In this document: positions 13,324 through 24,500 of the stretch, piece after piece | How the letters are laid out: the number at the start of each line of letters is the position of its first letter | Numbering within the stretch: position 1 is the first letter of the stretch | DNA from: Lingula anatina | Lineage: Eukaryota; Animalia; Brachiopoda | DNA: 64,000 nucleotides | Reading direction: 5' to 3' | NCBI GenBank assembly: GCA_051362555.1 | Contig: CM120648.1 | Span: 6,382,587-6,446,586, forward strand | Made by a program: the position numbers and the translations under genes | The notes under the pieces: generated by a model | What the model saw: only the letters and a program-made list of their open reading frames with translations | What the model was told of the DNA's origin: nothing | Database searches by the model: none

Positions 13324-14953
13324 GACACTGCAGTCCCTTATCAGAGACAATTCACATGGTTCGTCCCTGTCCGATGACATCGTTACACCCATCCATGCCC
13401 CCAAACTCAACCTTGCACTCGACGGCTATCAGCAAGAAACCCGCACATTTCTAATAGACGGATTTGTTAACGGCTTCAAGATACCTTTTCAGGGCCCACT
13501 ACCGCCATCCACACTTAAAAATCTCAAATCCACCTACGATTTCCCTAATGTGCTGGCGGAGAGAATACAATCAGAACTAAATGCCAACCGGTTAGCCGGC
13601 CCTTTCACCAAACCACCTTATAGACACTACACCATTTCCCCAGTAGGCATCATTCCCAAGAAAACACCTGGCAAATACAGATTTATCCACCACCTGTCTC
13701 ACCCCCCGAATCTGTCAGTCAACGATGGCATCAGCCGAGAAAATTCAACCGTGCAATACAGCTCAGTGAATGACGCCATATCGATTATAAAAACATTAGG
13801 TCCAGGTTGTTTCATGGCAAAAACCGACATAGAAAGCGCCTTTCGCCTACTCCCGATCCACCCAGACTACCGCTTTCTACTTGGGTTCTCTTCCGCAGGC
13901 AAAATGTACTTCGACAAATGCCTACCTTTTGGTCTCTCCTGCTCATGCCAATTATTCGAAGTATTCAGCTCATCTGTGGAATGGATAGCAAAAGAAAAAC
14001 TGGCCATACCTCACATCATCCACCTCCTAGACGATTTCTTCATAGCAGCCAACACAAAAGACTCCTGTGAAGAACACTTATCCAAATTCCTGGACACGTG
14101 CAATGATTTAGGAATCCCCATGTCCAAAGAAAAAGCAACAAAACCGGCTACCACTATCTCCTTCGCGGGTATTGAGCTGGACTCTGTCGCATACGAAGCT
14201 CGTCTACCTGGTGACAAGATAACAAACTGCTTATCCCTCATTGAACACAACCGTACCAAAAAGAAGATCACACTTCAAGAACTTCAATCAATTATAGGGA
14301 CACTCAATTTCTGCTGTTATATCATACCTTCTGGACGTGCCTTTCTCCGCCGATTAATAGACTTAACAAAAGGCATAACAAAACCAAACCACAAAATCCG
14401 CCTCAACAAAGAGGCACGCTTAGACTTACTCATGTGGGACGATTTCCTACGCAACTTCAACGGCAAGGCTCTCATATACAACGAGGGTTGGGACAGCAAC
14501 ACTAGCTTCCAACTTTACACGGATTCATCCACCACCTTCGGCTACGGAGCAATCAGCGATAACGAATGGTGCTACGGCCCTTGGACGCCCCAGCAAAAAC
14601 AACTGAACATTACCACACTAGAATTCTACCCCATCCTCGCTGCGTTCCTTGTCTGGAGCAAGAAATTCACCAACAAAAAAGTGACCATTCATTCCGACAA
14701 CGAAGCCTTGGTATACATTCTCAACAAATGTTCCACCACCGACCCACTTCTTCTCACATTACTTAGGAAACTGATCCTCACCTCCATGCGTCACAACATT
14801 GCCTTCCGCTCTGTCCATATTCCAGGTGTCAAAAATACATCTGCTGACGCTCTCTCTCGTCTTAACTTACAGAAGTTCCACCAAGCCTCCCCGCAGGCAC
14901 TGCCATACCCCACGCAGATCCCGGCCCAATGGCTACCAAACGCCTTCATCTAA
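13151..14953 (+). CDS. DIRS/Ngaro reverse transcriptase - RNase H (ORF2)
   Basis: Intact 600-aa ORF. RT motifs PKK..GKYRFIHHLS, AKTDIESAFR, LPFGLSCSC, HLLDDF. RNase H motifs YTDSS, LE, HSDN, HIPGVKN..ADALSR. Confidence 0.95.
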   Translation: MPRHATTDTGAPFATPPTQPTHAQNNKQLRGTQAPTTTEPHRDFNPTSVPYNSTAGDKTLQSLIRDNSHGSSLSDDIVTPIHAPKLNLALDGYQQETRTFLIDGFVNGFKIPFQGPLPPSTLKNLKSTYDFPNVLAERIQSELNANRLAGPFTKPPYRHYTISPVGIIPKKTPGKYRFIHHLSHPPNLSVNDGISRENSTVQYSSVNDAISIIKTLGPGCFMAKTDIESAFRLLPIHPDYRFLLGFSSAGKMYFDKCLPFGLSCSCQLFEVFSSSVEWIAKEKLAIPHIIHLLDDFFIAANTKDSCEEHLSKFLDTCNDLGIPMSKEKATKPATTISFAGIELDSVAYEARLPGDKITNCLSLIEHNRTKKKITLQELQSIIGTLNFCCYIIPSGRAFLRRLIDLTKGITKPNHKIRLNKEARLDLLMWDDFLRNFNGKALIYNEGWDSNTSFQLYTDSSTTFGYGAISDNEWCYGPWTPQQKQLNITTLEFYPILAAFLVWSKKFTNKKVTIHSDNEALVYILNKCSTTDPLLLTLLRKLILTSMRHNIAFRSVHIPGVKNTSADALSRLNLQKFHQASPQALPYPTQIPAQWLPNAFI

Positions 14954-15826
14954 TGCTCAATGACACACTAAAAGCAGCACTTGCCCCCAGTACCCAAAGG
15001 ACGTACATGAAAATCGAACCTCTCCCGGACCAGTTTGCTGCAGATATAGGTCAACCTGCATTTCCCACGTCACCGTCAATTACAGCTCTCTTCGCTCAAA
15101 GCTTGGCCAAGAAATACAAGCCTTCTTCCATAAAAACTCTAATGTCGGCACTTAGCTACAAATACAAAATTAGAGGCTATGATGACCCTACCAGTTCATT
15201 CATCGTCAGGCAGACACTACACGGCCTCAGCCGACTCCAACCAACAAAAGACGATAGGCGCCCTCTCACTTTGGAGCAACTGCACCATCTTTTACAAACA
15301 GCGTCACAGCACCCCTTCTCACAATACCAGGCCTGTCTCTTTCGAGCCATGTTCACCACAGCTTTCTTCGGCCTCTTCCGCATCAGCGAAATCACCGGCG
15401 GTTCCAAAGATAACAACCATACCATACGCATACAGTACGTCAATCTGGACCTCCAAAAAGGAACCATTATCATCACTTTACCATCCTTCAAGCACTCGTC
15501 CAACACATCCAACCACCAAGTAACTCTCTTTAGACAAAATCCAGCAATATGCCCGGCACCTGCCCGCCTACCTACACATGCGCCCGCAAAGCTCTCACAG
15601 CGAGCTCTTTCTGCAACAGGATGGCTCACTAGTCACAAGACACCACTTCACGGACACTCTCAAACATTGCCTCCAAGCCACGGGGATGGATACAACCTTA
15701 ACAAAGTCCCACAGCTTCCGCATCGGAGGGGCCACTCTCGCAGCAAAATGCGGCATGTCCACCGAACAAATACGCATACTGGGAAGATGGCGCTCCTCAG
15801 CCTTCACCAACTATATAAGATTCTAA
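14929..15826 (+). pseudogene. Tyrosine recombinase (ORF3), frameshifted near 15556
   Basis: AFFGLFRISE and SFK lie in the frame of 14929. HLPAYLHMRP...SHSFRIGGAT...LGRWRSSAFTNYIR lies in the frame of 15578. The R-K-H-R-W-Y catalytic set is complete but split by an indel. Confidence 0.9.
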
Positions 15827-16546
15827 CCCACCTAATGCATTCGGTACTCGGGCCAATGCCAGGACAATACATATAGCTCAAAACCTCACACAGCTCATTG
15901 CTACGCGAAGCAGGATAGTAAAAGACTGTCTCCCTACATGCCGGTCAACTGGTTCCATTGACCAATCCGGCCATTAAACATTATATTAATCCACGTATGG
16001 CTAACAGCAATAACGGCACAACTTGATTATATACCTCGAGCATGATATAACGTTACAAGGACTATATAAGTAACATTGAGGAAACCACATGCCAAGCCAC
16101 AAACAATCAAGTATGCTATACGCATACTAAGTAGGCACATACCATTTACAACACTTAACACTGTTAATAAAACTTACTTATCCCTCACCATGTATCTTGT
16201 TGTTACGGAACAAATCATTTGGGTGGGGAGGAAGTCCGTTCTAGACGTCCTTCCATGGCATCTTTATTGACCCCACCTTCAATAATTGTCAACCTCGCTC
16301 AAGTATCCATCTCAGTATTTTAACAATTTACCACGCCGCTCAGTTATCAAGGTGTTATTGCTCGAGCATCACAGGATGACTCCCGCTCTCGCCACCAACA
16401 CCAACCAATTATTGAACCGAGCAAATAATTTCTTCCTATCTTCTCATATAGCAACTATAAATAACAAATTATTGGCGAAGACTATAATTTCATTTATAGT
16501 GCCATATACTGTCGGGAGTCTCTCTAGCTAGAGCAATAGCACACAT

Positions 16547-18032
16547 GTGGCTGCCAGACATACTGTCACCACTCAGCCCGCTGCGCGCAATCTTTACAAG
16601 AAATGCTTGCCATGCATTGTTTATGGAGCTGTAAATTTCCACTGCTACATCTTTTGTAAGAAAACCAGAGTGTACTCAGACCACAAGCCACTAGAGATTA
16701 TTGAGAAGCCTTTACCATCAGCTCCAATGAGACTGCACAAGATGTTACTACGTCTACACCTCCAGACCTGCCCTACACTGGAGTTGGTTGTGACCTATTT
16801 GACTATGGAGCAAAGAAGTAAAAACTTCTCATTGATTACTATTCAAAGCACATGTACATTGAGGTTGTACAGCTGAATGCCGCGACTACGACCACTGCAA
16901 TCAACGCTATGTAATATGTGTTTAGCTGTCATGGCATACCTCTTAAAATCAGAACGGACAAAGGACCACAGTTTAGTTCATGTGAATTCAGACAATTCTA
17001 CAAAGGAGAATTCAGACAATTCCACAAAGTGTATGATATTGAACATGTGACCTCCAGTCCCCAGTTCCCAATTTCAAATGGGGAAGCTGAGCGAGCTATT
17101 CAAATTGTGAAGAAAATGTGGGGAAAATGTGATGAAAAGTATCTTGCCTTACTAAACTACAGGACTACACCTCTGGAAGGCATAAACTTATCCCCCTCAC
17201 AACTGTTAATGGGATGCCGACCTAGAAACACATTACCTGCAGCTCGAAACATTTTAGAACCACAGGCATATAACCAACGCGAAGTGAAAAGTCATTTTAG
17301 CCTGGAGAAGGTAAAACAGAAATATTATTATGATCAAAGGAAAGGTGCTAAAGAACTGAAAGCTTTCAACCCTGGAGATTATGTGAGAATGCAGCCTCAC
17401 CCATGCTCGAAAACGTGGGCACCAGCCATATTGTTGTTACACATCATACACATCTAAGATCATACATAGTGGAAGGAAATGACTGTGTATATAGACGTAA
17501 TCGTCAACAATTAAGACTGTCAACAGAAAAAGCACATCACAATAGCCCAATTATGTTGACTTTGAGCGAAGTGATGAGCCATTACATCCATCTGTTAGGG
17601 ATCAGCATAAAATACCTGAGAAACCAGTGACACCGTCCATTAGTACTCTTAAGATTATAACAAGATCTGGTCGTGTGGTGAAACCGCCAGACAGTTTAAA
17701 TTTATAACTTATGTTTTATGAACAATTCAGTATTAATTTGATACTACATGTGTACTACATCTTTCTTTTCATTTCGGTGGACTGTTAAGGACATTGTCTC
17801 TGGAGCATAGAATGATTTTAAGTCAAAGTAAACATTTATACAATGCCTTAGATCAGAAACTCTGAATGCTCTCCTCTTATTGAACATTGAAGGACTTTAA
17901 GTTCAAGTGAACACTCACAAAATAATGTGAAAATAAAAGACTGAACTCATTTTAATTTATATGCCTATTATTTATTTTATTAATCTTATTTACATGTAAT
18001 TATAAAGAGGGAGATGTAACATATTTGATATA
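16547..18032 (+). mobile_element. Degenerate Ty3/Gypsy pol fragment (RNase H - integrase) with PPT and start of the 3' LTR
   Basis: YSDHKPLE..K....AP.RL (RNase H), GIP..IRTDKGPQF and HVTSSP.FP.SNGEAERA (integrase), and a TRSGRVVKPP C-terminus. PPT AAAGAGGGAGA is followed by TGTAAC at 18015. The rest of the LTR is probably 20439-20530. Confidence 0.85.
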
Positions 18033-20436
18033 CAGGGTTACTACTTAATATGGAATATATTATTTTTTGACGAGTGAATTTTCAACAAAATATTAATTTT
18101 TCTCACTAACTACTTTATATCCAAAACTGAGGTGACGCTCCCTGTGTAGCCAGGTGTGTTAGCTAATTACCACGCAACTCTCGAAACAACTGATGCATGT
18201 AGTTGCATGTTCTGTGGTTAGAAATGTGAGGGGTGGTATTTTCAGCAATTTCTGTCCATGTACAAAACGCATGGGTTTGGCCAATCTTTAGGGTGTATTT
18301 AGAAAAGCAACAAAGGGATCGCTCTAAAACTTGACAGGTACCTAAGAGAAAATATGGTTCGACAGCTAAGCAACGTAGCTTGCTATGGGATTCTTGCTCT
18401 CAGAGAAAATGGCCAGAAACGGATAGCCACTGCCAGGCAATGTAACATTTATCTGAAACCGTTAGTAAAGTCCTCCAAAGAAATGCTACAACAGGGGCAC
18501 CTACCCCAATACCTCGACCAGGGTTTCCACGTATCACACTAAGAAGACAGGATCGCTTTCTTCTTAGAGTGCGCCGTGCTGGTCGTAGAAAGACAACCAG
18601 TGTCCTCAGAAAAGAGTGGCAGAATGTCATTCAAACGCCCGTTTCAAGGCCCCTCGTGAACAAGAGATTACTGCAAGCCGGTTATTTTGCACGAAGACCA
18701 GTACTGAAACCACTGTTAACAGTAGGTCATATAGGCCTACTGTACAGCGACGTCTGCAATAGGCTGAGGACCATGGGCGTTTGCAGCCAAAACATTGGAA
18801 TTACGTGGTTTTCGAAGATGAGGCTATATAGGGAGTTTTTAGGGTTAACGGTCGAATTCGTGTCCTCCGTCGTGTACGAGAGGCATACGATGATTGTGCA
18901 CTGCCTAAGGTGTAAGCAGGGGATGGTAACGTCTCTGGTTGGGGAGCATTTCATGTCGGTGTCCAGAGCCGGTTGGTTTTTCAAGGAGGCATGCAACCTC
19001 TACCAGGGTTCCTACAGAGACATTCTACAGCAAACAATGCTTCGATTTGTAAGAGTCATCTTCAGAAACAACTTTGTGTACTAAAAGGACTTCGCAACCC
19101 TACATCGAGCTAGAGAATCACTGTTTTTCCTCGAAACCAATAGGTTCAGAAACTACCCTGGCCTGCAAACTCCCCAGATATGAAACCCAATTGAAAATCT
19201 GTGGGCGGAAGTAACTCACAGAATTAATAGCTATGGTCATCGGCCGGTAAATAGTGTAACAATTGACGAGCTTGTAACCCCATAACCTGCTGAGATTCCA
19301 TAAAATGGAAAATAACTCGCCGCTGATATCACTCAATAAGAGGAAGTTATGTAATTTAATTAAAATGATTCATTAACTGTAATTGGATGGCAATTCACAG
19401 CTTTTTTTAATTAATTGAAATTGACTTTTAGTCATGTTGTGCTTATAATTGCTGTTAAGGACACCATTATCTGGCCGGCTGAATTTTAGTAATTGACGAA
19501 CTGAAGAATGCCTTAATTTAACTCACAATCGAATATGGCACTCGCCCATATAAAAGGGGTCTAACAGCATCTTCCAGTATCAGACTCACCACACCTCTCA
19601 GTAGCAAAGCTCTGTAGTTATTAGAGGATTCTCTCGACCTGCATGGAAATACGCCGATGAGTCTAACCGAGCTGCGGCCGAGACGACCTTCCTGCCGGGT
19701 TTTTTTTAGAGCCGAGCCGGGCCTCCTGCAGAGACGGCTTTCCAGTCGGGTTTGTAGCCGAGACGACCTGCCAGCCAGCCGGGTTCCTAGCCGAGACAGC
19801 CGGGCATCCAGTAGATACAGCCCAGACAGCCGAGCAGAGACCGTGATGATCCAACATTTTCTGAGGGCCGAGTTAAGTCAACGTGCCCGCCACTTACCAT
19901 AAGTACTGAGAGCTGGACTCGTATTATAGGGAGAGAAACTAGGGAGAGCACGCTACAATATTGATGAACTGCGACAGACAAATATCACTGCGTGGAATGA
20001 AATCCCCATCCAAACTCTAAAAAACTTGTCACAGGGTATGCCATGTAGGATGAGGGCGCTGCAAGCGGCTGCTGGAGGTCATACCCGCTATTGATGACTT
20101 TTCATGATTTACGGTAATGAGTTCTTTAACTGTGTAACATATCACTGTCCGGAGGCTATCATATTCTTAAATTCTTGGCTTAAAATTAATACTGACATGA
20201 TATGGTTTTCTGGGGTTGTTCTTTGCTTTTGAGTGGCACCTTATGTCACTATTTATATTATTGACCAAAATATCTCACAATAGAAGACTGGATATTTTTA
20301 TCACTCAATGACATACTTTCGTAATGAATCAAACCAAAAAAAAATTTAATCAGCACTCAAAAAAAAAAAAAAAAAAAGGAAAAACAATGATAAAAATATT
20401 CCATATTTTAATATTAAATAAAAATTAGTAACCCTG
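18033..20436 (+). mobile_element. Tc1/mariner DNA transposon with decayed transposase
   Basis: TA|CAGGGTTACTA ... TAGTAACCCTG|TA ends. Transposase remnants: ARRPVLKPLL, W..VVF.DE, WP..SPD.KPIENLW, and AWNEIP...SQGMP.RM.A..AA.GGHTRY*. Multiple frameshifts. Confidence 0.9.
19255..19957 (+). mobile_element. Solo LTR (703 bp) inserted in the Tc1 transposase
   Basis: TGTAAC...CTACA ends, near-TSD ATAG/ATAT, TATAAAA at ~19549, and short GCCGAGAC repeats. The Tc1 reading resumes on both sides. Confidence 0.75.
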
Positions 20437-20530
20437 TAAGCGACCTTGTATTATTTGAGTTTGACATAAGCGGCATGAATAAAGATGCACATGTGAACTC
20501 CAGCATGGAAGCGTGACAAGTTTCGTTAAA

Positions 20531-20835
20531 TAAATGTCAAAGGTCAAATCAAAGGTCATATTTGGAATCTCCACATACATGTATGAATTTCCGTCACACT
20601 TCAATGGTACATGTAACTTTTCCCATAATTCCCTCATTTTTGAGGTGTTTTGCAGTTTATTTTCAAAAATTTTGACAAGGATGTGTTTCAACAAGTATTA
20701 CGTTTAGGCCAAAGCACCGACTGAGCCAAAAAAAAAAAAAGAAAACTGGCCTTGCAGTCTAGAAGTGGTAATGGTTACTTGTTTATGTGGAGGCGGCGGA
20801 ACCATATGAGACGGGCCAGCATAAAAACCATGGGT
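20531..20835 (+). mobile_element. Degenerate 3' fragment of the 4218-7434 Helentron-like family
   Basis: Similar to 7025-7405 (TTTTCAAAAATTTTGACAAGG, AGGCCAA.GCACC.ACTGAG, TAAAACCATG.GTA). Confidence 0.6.
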
Positions 20836-21399
20836 AACAACTTGGCTTGGTGTCAGTTTTATGACAATAGGCCGATTTTGCTATGCTGACGCGGATATTT
20901 TCGTTAGCATGCCAACATTTTTCTAACATTGGCCAAATGTTGAAAAGCCAATGACAACATACCAACATGGGTCTAACGCCAACCAAATGTCACCCATGCC
21001 AATGTTGAACCAGCGTTTATTTGCTGTCTTGGTGTATAACTCAACAGGAAGATATAATACAAGACAGAAGTTTCAAACTGAAGAAAGAAAAACTGCTAGT
21101 AATTGTAAGCTTCAGAATGAAAAATTACAGAGTGTAGGTCTAAAGATATTTTCAAGAACGAAGTAGCAAGGAATAGACACACTGGATTTTTTATCCTAGT
21201 GGTTTAAGCATAACTTTTCCAATGCAAACTGAAAATAATCATAAACAATTTCATACAACAAAAATCTTGTTATGGTTTTATGCATTATTCTAACCCACTG
21301 ATCAGAGACTGTCTTTAAATAATGTACAATAACACATTAACTGAAATACAAAAGAAATTAAATAAAACATCACTGATAAAAATAAAGAAAATTCCATAC

Positions 21400-21585
21400 C
21401 CTTCCTTTCATATTGTCAAACACAGTGACATCGTAATTTAAGGCTTTAAACACATTCTGGAGGTTGTCCCTGTCTAAATCAGTCCCCAATCGCTCCTCCG
21501 TGTGCAGCAAGCGCCTTGTACCTTGAAAGTACCTGTTGTTGATAATCAGGGCGTAGCCTCGTGGTTTTGATGTCATTTTATATAT
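21400..21585 (-). CDS. Caspase exon: start of the peptidase C14 (p20) domain
   Basis: IYKMTSKPRGYALIINNRYF...ERLGTDLDRDNLQNVFKALNYDVTVFDNMKGR; tttag acceptor, GTATGG donor. Confidence 0.92.
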
Positions 21586-24500
21586 CTAAATAAAATTGAT
21601 TGAAAGAAAATTTCACAATTCTTTGTGAAGGTCTGCCCCTGAAGAAAACTTATGATCCCTTTTTATATTAAATAAAATTTAGTACCTACAACAGCCTACA
21701 GTATTTAAAGGAGACAGTAATCTGACATATTGTGCTTCCACTACTGATATTTTGGCATGGGTTGATTTTAAATGTGACTGGCTTGTTTCCTAACATAACT
21801 TACTGCAAATTTAACAATTTTTATAAGACTAAAAAATCAACACACAATTTCCGATAAAAACACTGTTCTTTATAAATCGATTTAACTCTGTGGGGATTCG
21901 GGCTGAATACAAACAAATTAACAAGCCTCCTCTTTGCGCTGAGTAGAATACAGAAAAGTTGATGTTTACTTTGGGGGCGTCTCGATAGCCCTAAGGTTCA
22001 TTGGTCCGAAAAATGGTAACTTTTTCATCGTTTTTTTAAATCAAAGGTTCATTGGTCCGAAGGTTCTATAGCGAACATTCGCACCAATGAACTTTCAGAC
22101 TATTGGACCTTCTGAGTATTGCTACGGCCCCATTACTTTTGCAGGTTTGAAACAAGTCGAGGCAAGCTAAACTATTTATCTGATTCCATACTGTTTGATG
22201 GGTCTACACACAATGACAATTTCATTGGGAATGAGCCCTTAGTTTAATTTTTTCTAAAGATCTATTATATATATATATATATATTTTTTTTTTACTTACA
22301 AGCTCATCTTCTGGGTCATTCATGGGGAGCACTCTCTGTTGTAACTGGCCGGTAAACATCTGCATTGTTTGAGGTGAATCTTACCACATAAGAAAGTCCA
22401 AAAATTACAAATACTGTGCTTATATATAATGTTAGTTGGTTAACAAATAAGGAAAGAGGATGGAAATTGTGAATAACAACTGAAAATATTTAAAATAAAA
22501 TAAAACAATAGAATAATGTATTAATAAACCTTTTTTCATAATTCAAACCAAATCAAATATGAATAATAATCGTATCACTTCTTCACCATCTACCTACATC
22601 ACAGATCAAAGGTTTTTCATACATCTTGGCAAAAAGCTTTTTTTAAACCATTATGCAGAATAATTAACAGCTTACCTTTCAAATTAAATCCTGGATAAAA
22701 GGATGAGCCAGCATGATAATGGTTCTGTGAAACTCCCTTTTCATCTACTACCAGTTTTTTTTCTGAGTTCTTATAACATGCTTGAGATTGACCTGGCTCC
22801 TGTTTCAAACATTGCCCTAAACCACCTACAGCGGGAAAAGTGTTGCTATCATTCTCGGGCTTTGTTGCAATCCCATGGCCATATCTTGTCATAAGTAGAA
22901 CGTTTGTTTCCCCATGCTGAAAAGCAATATTTGGATGTGGCTGGAAAGGGGCATTCGGAGGAGGCTGGAAAGGGGCATTCTGAGGGGGCTGGAAAGTGAC
23001 ACTTTGTGGTGGCATGTTTATGCAGTCTCTGTAAGTGGGATCTGTATGTGGATAATCAGTCTGGGGGGCACTGTGCTGTAACCTGGAAATGGTAAAAAAA
23101 AGAAAAATTAAGAACAACACTAATACACTAGCACTCCTATTTCAAAAAGTCTTTAATCATAAAAAAGCCAAGTTTAAAAATTTATGAAAGGTACATGTAA
23201 CTGGTTAAAATACCATCATCAAGTGGATACTAGTACATTCATGTAGCACAGATGATAGGTTTTTTCAGACCAAGGCAATTAATCCAGATACGTGTACCTC
23301 TGGTAGCATGTTTGTTGGTATATACCCAGTAGCTGATATTGACAGTAATACGTTGGGCCAACTGCATCATAACAATATGTGTTTAAATATCGTAACTGCA
23401 ATGCACACTTGTTGGCCCAACGTTGGGCCAAGTTATATGCAATACACAACCCAAAAGTTGTTTCAAATGCGTTTTTTTTTTTTTCTCAAGTGAGAACAAC
23501 ATGTGCTACAGGTAATCTTTTGACCAGATAACTAATGGGTTGTGTACAGTTTTGGTGACGTTCACCCCATAACTGGCAAACTGTATTTTTGTTTTATTTT
23601 AGATATACTGAGTGGCTTTGATTGGTAAAGAGGCAGGTTGCAGGTTGCTTTTTGTTTGTTTGAATATTTTATTTTTTACACATTAGCACTTTCAGTGGCT
23701 TTTATATCCCTAGTTTTTCAGTGTCCATGTTACCTTTAGTACATAATGTAAGAGGGTAAGAGTGATTAATCTGTTTTAAAGCATTATGTAACAGTGCTCA
23801 AAATTGGCCAACACACTACTTGGTGCACTCCTGTCTTTGTAATGTCTGAACACGGTGCGCATGTTTGAATCTCTCCCGTGATTGGTAACTTGAAGGTAAA
23901 AATGTCCACTGTATAATTGGCTCTGATTGGTAAACGTGTACTATCTGACCTTGTATATAAGGTGTGACTTGAAATAAATCGGCCTCTTTTGGGGCTTCTT
24001 TGCGGTCTCTTTTGGCACTTGTGGCACTTGTGGCTCTTATTATTGACTTTGAGACACCAGTAAGTACATTGTTATTTGTACCTTCATAAGGCACTCGGCC
24101 GCAAAGGCGTAACAATATACAGCATTGGTCAAAAAGGTTGTCCCAGTACCATTTCCATGTACTTATATTTACAAATGATCACCCCACAGGTGTAAATTTT
24201 TATAAACGGTGCTTTTTATTCCAGAAACCATGTCTAACATGATAAATGGTTCAGAAAATACAAAATAGTGGTAAAAGTATACACATTTTATACCATTTAG
24301 TCAATTTTATAACAGGTACCCCCTCAAATCCAATGTTTCACTGTGATTTCCACAGATGTAAAGAAATATCTATTAAATTGAAAAGACTCCATCAAATGTC
24401 ACCAAACTTACACACAATTAGCATTAGAATATGCTCGTTAAAGGTCACGTCACGTGCCTAATAGCGTGTATGTCTACCGCGTACTGCAATTATCTCCTGT

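Larger units (their letters stand above)
11526..16535 (+). mobile_element. Tyrosine-recombinase retrotransposon (DIRS order, Ngaro-like), slightly degenerate, 5' end unclear
   Basis: Overlapping gag - RT/RNase H - tyrosine recombinase ORFs in canonical order. C-rich coding strand. No methyltransferase domain seen after RNase H. Confidence 0.9.

Noticed and set aside
15830-16535. Ngaro split direct repeats or DIRS ITR/ICR
   Set aside because: No matching copy was found at the 5' end by eye; the element seems 5'-truncated.
20825-20840. VTHG on the minus strand as the caspase catalytic-His exon
   Set aside because: There is an in-frame stop just upstream, and the sequence is TE-derived.
22776-22795. 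QAC in the caspase linker exon as the catalytic pentapeptide
   Set aside because: It reads QSQACY, lies before the p20 domain and lacks the QACxG context.
23816-24115. 99-aa minus-strand ORF in a caspase intron
   Set aside because: No recognisable motif, and the flanking caspase exons already join in phase without it.
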